Program-made: the position numbers and the translations under genes
Notes under the pieces: generated by a model
Told to the model about the DNA's origin: nothing
Databases searched by the model: none
Seen by the model: the letters and a program-made list of their open reading frames with translations, nothing else
Shown: piece by piece, positions 58,102 through 64,000 of the stretch
How positions within the stretch are numbered: the stretch's first letter is position 1
Layout of the letters: the number at the start of each line of letters is the position of its first letter
From: Candidatus Fimenecus sp.
GTDB lineage: Bacteria > Bacillota > Clostridia > Oscillospirales > Acutalibacteraceae
Assembly: GCA_045613065.1 (NCBI GenBank)
Contig: JAZLAH010000044.1
Coordinates: forward strand, 55-64,054
Length of the DNA: 64,000 nucleotides
Reading direction: 5' to 3'

Positions 58102-59943
58102 TTATGCTCTTTTAAGCAAAAATGCTTTTGCTCTGAAATCACCGTCAAGGCTACTACCAAATTCCTTTTTGATTTCCCAATTTTCAAGAAATTTCTCATA
58201 TGAAGGATTTGCACCATTTTTAAATGTATGAACAATCATTAATGCTTCGTTTTCAATTTCACGAAGTACAATCTGATAACCCTCTGGGTCGTTGTAATCC
58301 TCCACATTACATTCAATAATGCTTGTAAAACCATCTTTTATAATATGCTTGATTTCGTCATAGAATTTAACAGACTCCAGTGCGATATCCCAGTTTTCCT
58401 GTGGCAAATCAAAGATTTCACCGCTGATGCAAAGACGACCCAAGAACCCTGAAATAAGGCTGTAATAAGTTCTGTAAACATCGTCCTTTGCACGAAGAAC
58501 TGCCCAAATTTGACTTTGACTTGGCTTAATCATTCTCTGCACATTAGCAGCAATAATCGGAATACTTGTACATTCATGAGCATCTGAAAAGCTCGCTTGT
58601 GAACAAAGTTCCATTGTTGATGGCTCAAGTCTGTGACCACCACTTGCACAGTTTTCGATTACCAAATCAGGTAATTGCTCTTTAATTCGTTTAAAATAAT
58701 TCTGACTCGCGAGTACGTACTGACGAAGACCTTCGCCAAGGCTTTCTGCACCATCACAACCCACGCCGATATTCTCGTTATAATCAACTTTAAGATATCC
58801 GTAACCACTATCACGAAGAAGTTTAATTACCTTTTCATCAAGATAATTCACACACCACTCATCACGCAAGTCAAGGAATCTGTGACCACAAACATTAAGT
58901 GGTGCACCCATACGAGAAAGCAAATGGTCTGTTTCACCATAAATCTGTGACAACGGTGCAACATTTTCCATTTCGAACCATATACCAGGAACAAGTCCAT
59001 ATGACTTAATCATATCGTTGACTTCCTTAAGTCCGTTAGGGAAGAGCTTTTTGCTCACATTCCAGTCACCGATAGTATCCCACCAATTTTTATCCTCTTC
59101 TTTATACCAACCACTATCCATTACAAGGTATTTAACTCCACTACCCTGTAATTTTTTTGCAGTTTTCTCGAGATTTTCGATTGTAGGATTACCCCATGAT
59201 GTGCAGTATTCGTTGAAAATTACAGGCAAGTCCTCATCAACAGGTGAAATATTCGGATTCTGTGCTTTAACAAGCATATCACACACTTTATTGAGTGTAT
59301 CCCCAACGGCAACAACTGCTTTTGGAGTTGTAAAACTTTCATTTGGCTGTATTTCCTTACACCAATGACCGTAATCGAAATCTGCAATACCACCCACTAA
59401 TGTCAAAGGCTCTTTATGACGGAAAAGCTCAATCTGCCAACTTGATGGAATATAAAGCTGAACGCCGATAAACTCATTTGTTTTGCTGTTTTCCACTGCA
59501 ACAAACGGAAACCACTTACGAACAGGCATTGAGCCAACCTGACCGAACTTTTCGATTCTTATACCATGACCACTCCATGAGCGTTCCATATTAAGTTCTG
59601 TCAGCTTTTGGCTTAACATTTTGCCCTCAGCACTCCAGAATGATGTTGCTCTGTGCAGAGTATCAGCATCAATATCTGCAATTGCAAATGATGAAATCAT
59701 ATCAAGAGTTACAATTTCATCTGTATTGTTTTCAAACACTGTATGACACTCGAAAACATCACCTTTTTTTATATGATATGCAGTAATTTTATATCCGTCT
59801 GCTGACTCATACACGTTTTTTTCATCATCAGCAGAAACAAGTTTGCATTTCCACACACTTTCACTATCTGCCATTGAAATACCATTTATAAAGTGACCTC
59901 CAAAGTCGTCACCTCTTACTTTAAATTGAACAGTAAAATTCAT
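58102..59943 (-). CDS. Glycoside hydrolase family 36-like alpha-galactosidase
   Basis: MDSGWY, LKVDYN (the KxD nucleophile region) and ENCASGGHR (CxGGG-like) motifs. Confidence 0.75.
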   Translation of the reverse strand: MNFTVQFKVRGDDFGGHFINGISMADSESVWKCKLVSADDEKNVYESADGYKITAYHIKKGDVFECHTVFENNTDEIVTLDMISSFAIADIDADTLHRATSFWSAEGKMLSQKLTELNMERSWSGHGIRIEKFGQVGSMPVRKWFPFVAVENSKTNEFIGVQLYIPSSWQIELFRHKEPLTLVGGIADFDYGHWCKEIQPNESFTTPKAVVAVGDTLNKVCDMLVKAQNPNISPVDEDLPVIFNEYCTSWGNPTIENLEKTAKKLQGSGVKYLVMDSGWYKEEDKNWWDTIGDWNVSKKLFPNGLKEVNDMIKSYGLVPGIWFEMENVAPLSQIYGETDHLLSRMGAPLNVCGHRFLDLRDEWCVNYLDEKVIKLLRDSGYGYLKVDYNENIGVGCDGAESLGEGLRQYVLASQNYFKRIKEQLPDLVIENCASGGHRLEPSTMELCSQASFSDAHECTSIPIIAANVQRMIKPSQSQIWAVLRAKDDVYRTYYSLISGFLGRLCISGEIFDLPQENWDIALESVKFYDEIKHIIKDGFTSIIECNVEDYNDPEGYQIVLREIENEALMIVHTFKNGANPSYEKFLENWEIKKEFGSSLDGDFRAKAFLLKRA

Positions 59944-60046
59944 AATTTCACCTCTGAAAAGCTTTATATCAATTCAACTTCTATATCTTCCATCAATTTT
60001 CCACTCAACATCATCTGTCGGTTCAAAATGCAACACTGACAATGCT

Positions 60047-60166
60047 CTAAATTGCAAGAATTTTTGCGTTTTCAGGTGTGCAATAATAAAGCTCAAAATC
60101 ACCGCCTTGATTAAATCCCAATGGTGACAAGTCTATTTTCATTTTGTTTAATGATTTAATATCCAT
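60047..60166 (-). pseudogene. Possible gene remnant (39-codon ORF followed by out-of-frame continuation)
   Basis: Own translation: MDIKSLNKMKIDLSPLGFNQGGDFELYYCTPENAKILAI*. Downstream frames continue with SIVSVLHFEPTDDVEWKIDG. No family assigned. Confidence 0.25.
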
Positions 60167-60242
60167 TTCGAACCTCACAGACAATTTCTTAAAGATATTA
60201 TATCATTTTCAATATATAAAAACAACAGAAACCCCTGACTTC

Positions 60243-60872
60243 TCAAAAGTTTCTGTTATCTTCTGTCTTTGCTCTCTTTAAAAATATTAGACCTTTTATT
60301 ATTAGCAACAAAAAAGCTACAATAACGGCATAAACCTCTCTTGTTAATGCAAGAAACACCACCATCAAAATACTAATTATCATTGATATTTCCATCATTG
60401 TTTTACTATTTTTCTCTTTGCTTGTTTTTGTAAATATAACTTTTACAATTCCAATAACAATTAGGGTAATATACATAGCCCAGAAAACTATTTTGTTGAT
60501 TTGTGTTGTTTGTACATAATTCAGCAAATTTACTGAATACACAAAATCGTCAATTGTATTTGGATAAAGAGGTAAAACAATTAGTATAAATGAAAATAAA
60601 TCCACAATACCAAACAACAAGTCACACATGTTTCGCATATTGGCTTTGTTTTCTTTTTCAGCAATCGAGAGTAGTTTATCCCCCGATAACAAATCATCAA
60701 TTGTTACAGAAAAGTAATTGGCAATTCCCTTTAATGAATCAATACTGGGATATCCTCGTCCCGATTCCCATTTCGAAATAGCTGTACGGGAAACATATAA
60801 AGCCTCTGCTAATTCCTCTTGTGTAAGACCTCTGCTTTTTCTTAATTCCTGAAGCTTTTCATGAAATTCCAT
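60243..60872 (-). CDS. Membrane-anchored XRE-family HTH transcriptional regulator
   Basis: LRKSRGLTQEELAEALYVSRTAISKWESG HTH, followed by about 4 TM helices. Confidence 0.85.
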   Translation of the reverse strand: MEFHEKLQELRKSRGLTQEELAEALYVSRTAISKWESGRGYPSIDSLKGIANYFSVTIDDLLSGDKLLSIAEKENKANMRNMCDLLFGIVDLFSFILIVLPLYPNTIDDFVYSVNLLNYVQTTQINKIVFWAMYITLIVIGIVKVIFTKTSKEKNSKTMMEISMIISILMVVFLALTREVYAVIVAFLLLIIKGLIFLKRAKTEDNRNF

Positions 60873-61536
60873 AGCGTGACCTCTCTTTATTACTTAACAA
60901 TACAACCGCCTTGTATATATAAAACAATCCTGCACTTATAAGAATTGACCCGACAATGTCAGTAAACCAATGAACACCTGAAACAAGTCTACCTATAACC
61001 ATAAATGAAGAAAATACAGTTGATAAAACTCTGATACAAGTTTTAATTCCATTATTTTTTAATCTCCTATTAGCCTGAAAAACTAATGTTGGCATAACAC
61101 TTAATACAAGCAATGTTGTCGAAGACGGATAAGACGCTTCCATAAATCCATCAATAAGTACCGGCCTGTAATTAATTGGAATCATCTCAAAAATCAAATA
61201 GCATAATATTACTATAACATAATATATCCCTAAAACACTAATATCAAAATCAACTTTTAATAAACTTTTTCTTTTTACTAATTGAATAAAGCCAATTATA
61301 CCAAAAATCATACAAATAAATAAAGGAACAAACCCCAACCAATCGGTGATACCGTATATCATCATATTCACACCTGTTGTTTTGTGAAACCAGCTGTTGA
61401 ATATAGCAAACCCTATATTCGTTTCATTTAACCCTATAGGTTGCACATCGACTGTTTGTATCAATATTGTCCAAACGGTAAAAGATAAAACTAATGCAAA
61501 TCCTGTAATCAATGCTTTCTTTCCAAGACTTTTCAT
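60859..61536 (-). CDS. PAP2 superfamily phosphatase (membrane)
   Basis: C-terminal motif GRLVSGVHWFTDIVGS (SRx5Hx3D-like). Multiple TM. Overlaps the XRE gene by 14 nt. Confidence 0.8.
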   Translation of the reverse strand: MKSLGKKALITGFALVLSFTVWTILIQTVDVQPIGLNETNIGFAIFNSWFHKTTGVNMMIYGITDWLGFVPLFICMIFGIIGFIQLVKRKSLLKVDFDISVLGIYYVIVILCYLIFEMIPINYRPVLIDGFMEASYPSSTTLLVLSVMPTLVFQANRRLKNNGIKTCIRVLSTVFSSFMVIGRLVSGVHWFTDIVGSILISAGLFYIYKAVVLLSNKERSRYGIS

Positions 61537-61622
61537 ATTATTTATGTCCTCTCTGTTATAATAATTGTCTTATTTAAAAGTAACAAAAGACATAAAAATA
61601 GTAAAGAAACAGTCTGTAACAT

Positions 61623-61643
61623 CGTGATACGATTCGTATCACG
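61623..61643. promoter_or_regulatory. Perfect 10+1+10 palindrome, candidate operator upstream of the PAP2-XRE operon
   Basis: CGTGATACGA-T-TCGTATCACG. It lies ~40-60 nt upstream of a putative minus-strand promoter (TTGTTA at 61581-61586, 17-nt spacer, TATTAT at 61558-61563). Confidence 0.35.
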
Positions 61644-61788
61644 TGAAAATTCAGGTTAAAATACCGTGTACAAGTTCGATAATCTGGAATTTGTAAGAAT
61701 TAATGCAAAACGCAAAATGACACGTAAGCAAAATCCGCACCCTCAAAGGTAGGACGGAATGTTTTCATTCATCCCGGTAAATTCTGAT

Positions 61789-62442
61789 TTATTTGGAAAT
61801 ATGCATTTTTGCCCAAACAAACAACTTTTCAGACATTTCATTAAAATTTATAGTTCCACCTTTTTTCAAGGTCATAAATGTATCGACAATAACTCGTTCA
61901 TCAGGTGAAACAACATCTAACAAATCTTTTTGGTGAGTAATATAGTTGCCTGTTTGCATAAAAATAATTGCCTGCACAACAAAAGATGCCGATTTGTATA
62001 ATGCTTTTAGAATTTCTTCACTCTTTTCATAAAGCATATTATGCACACAGCCATGATAAATGTTGCATACACCGATTTTTATTGCTTGGTCAATAGCTTT
62101 ATCGTCAATTAATTCTAACAGGTCATCAAGACTTCCTTTAATAGGTTTTGTGTCATAATAAAACTGAAAAAGGTCAGACAGTTCCCAATTTAAAATTTCG
62201 TTTTTACCTGACAAAAATCCACAAATCAGTTCTCTATCTGGTAACATATCCAACATTTCATTATAATTTTGAATATCTTCAGCAGATAATTCATCAAGTA
62301 TAACGACCATATCAATATCGCTGGTTTCTGTTGCTTCACCACGACCATAACTGCCTTGAAGCCCTACAAACCATACTCGTTCTCCAAAAACATTGTTTAA
62401 TTTTTGTATAAACTCATTTATCCAAATAGCAATGTCAATCAT
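61789..62442 (-). CDS. Nucleotidyltransferase-domain protein with C-terminal helical domain (KNTase/ANT-like architecture)
   Basis: GLQGSYGRGEATETSDIDMVVIL (GS...DxD Pol-beta-type NTase motif). Start set at MIDIAIW. Confidence 0.7.
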   Translation of the reverse strand: MIDIAIWINEFIQKLNNVFGERVWFVGLQGSYGRGEATETSDIDMVVILDELSAEDIQNYNEMLDMLPDRELICGFLSGKNEILNWELSDLFQFYYDTKPIKGSLDDLLELIDDKAIDQAIKIGVCNIYHGCVHNMLYEKSEEILKALYKSASFVVQAIIFMQTGNYITHQKDLLDVVSPDERVIVDTFMTLKKGGTINFNEMSEKLFVWAKMHISK

Positions 62443-62594
62443 ACAAATTACCTCGTACATTCCATATATAATAAGAACATTATATCATATCGCATATATA
62501 TAAATCAATTTATTAAATTTGTTACTCAATTCCTTAAAAATAAATAAAAAAATAAAGCATCAGCTATTGCAAATGCTTTATTGTGTGTTTACAG

Positions 62595-63186
62595 GATGGA
62601 ATGGCCCACTGTAATTTATTACCCTGTAATCAATGGTTCAATATATTTCTGAATAAAATCAACTCTATCAAGTATAGTTGGCATAATCCACGGTTTTCAT
62701 ATTTGTTGCTTTATATAAAATTCCCGTAAGGATATGAAGACAGACCGTCTGATAGTTGAATTCATCCATTAAGCCTTTTCTTCCACCCAAAAAATCAAGG
62801 GATGAAAATGTCCAATTGTCACCCCCGCAAACCTTAGACCAAGGGTCACCTTTACACTTATATGGTGCTCTCATAGTCAATAAGTGTTTAATGGTAACAT
62901 CGTAAATTGTTTTTTCGCCTCTTTTAACTTTATAGTCAGGGAAAAAATCCAAAACCTTATCATCAATACTTTTTATTTATCCTTTGTCCAAAGCAATTCC
63001 GATAAGTAAAGATAATATACTTTTTGTGGCTGACATTATATGTGTGCAATCGTCTGGTTTATAATCATTCCAACAATCAGAATATACTTTCTCGTTATTT
63101 TTATATGCCACAACTTGACAGATGTTAGGTTGTTGTTCTTCAACAACTCTGTGTAACTCTTCTTTGTTCAAAAATCTACACCTCAC
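62595..63186 (-). pseudogene. Beta-lactamase-family (serine hydrolase) pseudogene: in-frame TAA plus 3' decay
   Basis: The N-terminal piece ends ...IMSATKSILSLLIGIALDKG (SxxK motif), then TAA at 62977-62979. The same frame continues IKSIDDKVLDFFPDYKVKRGEK...VDYANYT*. Further family-like sequence DFIQKYIEPLITG is out of frame. Total length is far below the family's usual ~330+ aa. Confidence 0.7.
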
Positions 63187-63407
63187 AATAACTTATTTGC
63201 GCTAATAATTATATCATACTTTGAAAATAAAATACGATAAATATTGTTTTAACCATAAAATAATAAAAACCCTTGATTTCTCAAGAGTTTTTATGAAAGC
63301 ATTATTAATTATTCATCAACGAAGAGACTTCATTATTCAGTATTCATTTGATAATCCATTCTTCTTTAGTGAATAATGAATGATGAATATTGAAATAAGA
63401 ATGATAC

Positions 63408-63443
63408 AAACAAAAATCCGCCCTCTTACGAGAACGGATTTTT
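63408..63443 (-). terminator. Strong terminator ending the rRNA/tRNA operon
   Basis: Minus strand: AAAAATCCGTTCTC-GTAA-GAGGGCGGATTTTT followed by GTTTG. Confidence 0.85.
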
Positions 63444-63444
63444 C

Positions 63445-63520
63445 TGGCTCCCCCAGTTGGACTCGAACCAACGACCCTGCGGTTAACAGCCGCATGCTCT
63501 ACCGACTGAGCTATAGAGGA
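63445..63520 (-). tRNA. tRNA-Asn (anticodon GTT), CCA encoded
   Basis: Manual fold. Acceptor TCCTCTA/TGGGGGA (two G-U pairs), D arm GCTC-AGTCGGTA-GAGC, anticodon loop CTGTTAA, T arm GTTGG-TTCGAGT-CCAAC. Confidence 0.9.
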
Positions 63521-63528
63521 ATATTTAT

Positions 63529-63643
<115 letters not shown>

Positions 63644-63699
63644 TATGTATCAACCTTTTGAGCTGATAATTACTAATATTTAAAGACCTTTTAGTCTAA

Positions 63700-63775
63700 T
63701 GGTGACCCGTACGAGATTCGAACTCGTGTTGCCGGCGTGAGAGGCCGGAGTCTTAGGCCACTTGACCAACGGGCC
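63700..63775 (-). tRNA. tRNA-Glu (anticodon CTC), CCA encoded
   Basis: Minus strand: GGCCCGTTGGTCAAGTGGCCTAAGACTCCGGCCTCTCACGCCGGCAACACGAGTTCGAATCTCGTACGGGTCACCA. Anticodon loop CTCTCAC. Confidence 0.88.
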
Positions 63776-63785
63776 AAATCTGACG

Positions 63786-63861
63786 TGGTACACCTTCAGG
63801 GACTCGAACCCTGGACACCCTGATTAAGAGTCAGGTGCTCTACCAGCTGAGCTAAAGGTGC
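63786..63861 (-). tRNA. tRNA-Lys (anticodon CTT), CCA encoded
   Basis: Minus strand: GCACCTTTAGCTCAGCTGGTAGAGCACCTGACTCTTAATCAGGGTGTCCAGGGTTCGAGTCCCTGAAGGTGTACCA. Anticodon loop CTCTTAA. Confidence 0.9.
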
Positions 63862-63940
63862 TTATACACCCTGAAAACTGAACAAAGTTAAGGTGATTAA
63901 TTATGTCATTCTGAGAAATTGTACTGTTTGAACCAAGCAT

Positions 63941-64000
63941 AATGGTCAAGCCCTCGACCTATTAGTACTGCCAAGCTAAACACGTCACCGTGCGTACACC
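63941..64000 (-). rRNA. rrl: 23S ribosomal RNA, extreme 3' end (partial, continues beyond the window)
   Basis: Minus strand ...GGCAGTACTAATAGGTCGAGGGCTTGACCATT resembles the Firmicute 23S 3' terminus (...GACAGATACTAATCGATCGAGGACTTAACCA in B. subtilis, as recalled). Confidence 0.8.

Overview
AT-rich chromosomal segment that looks like a Clostridia genome, probably Oscillospiraceae/Ruminococcus-like. That guess rests on a GTP-type PEPCK, hydEGF maturases, spoVAD, many CAZymes and Firmicute-style T-box and B12 leaders; I cannot name the organism. Most of the window is ordinary core genome. Left to right it holds: pckG (partial), the t6A gene tsaD with a PTP-RimI fusion, polA, a Trp T-box controlling an orphan trpB, and tRNA-Pro followed by a MATE/GH43-like/aldolase operon. 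Next come a heterodimeric ABC exporter pair, a second GH43-like paralog, alaX, GH5, fba, spoVAD and ydjC. Then a group of secreted or membrane proteins of unknown function, a Y-family polymerase/GNAT/YolD cassette, cysK, proC, mscL, coaX and potABCD. After that a cobalamin riboswitch with a B12-uptake pair, the hydrogenase maturation operon (regulator-hydE-hydG-hydF) and a glycoside-hydrolase cluster (clan GH-A enzyme with CBMs, GH16, GH36, DUF4434). The right end is a small decaying accessory patch (membrane XRE regulator, PAP2, nucleotidyltransferase, beta-lactamase-family pseudogene) followed by the tail of an rRNA operon on the minus strand (23S 3' end, tRNA-Lys, tRNA-Glu, 5S, tRNA-Asn). 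I saw no CRISPR array, transposase, integrase or recognisable defence system. The least explained items are: (1) an orphan promoter-to-terminator unit of about 415 nt with no credible ORF at 12.5-13.0 kb; (2) a long structured leader before tRNA-Pro that begins with an exact 24-nt copy of the tRNA 5' end; (3) a terminator-containing leader in front of the hydrogenase maturation operon; (4) a secreted Cys-rich protein with an unusual CxCxCH...CxCGxxHY tail. All calls come from reading the sequence and recalling protein families. No database search was run.
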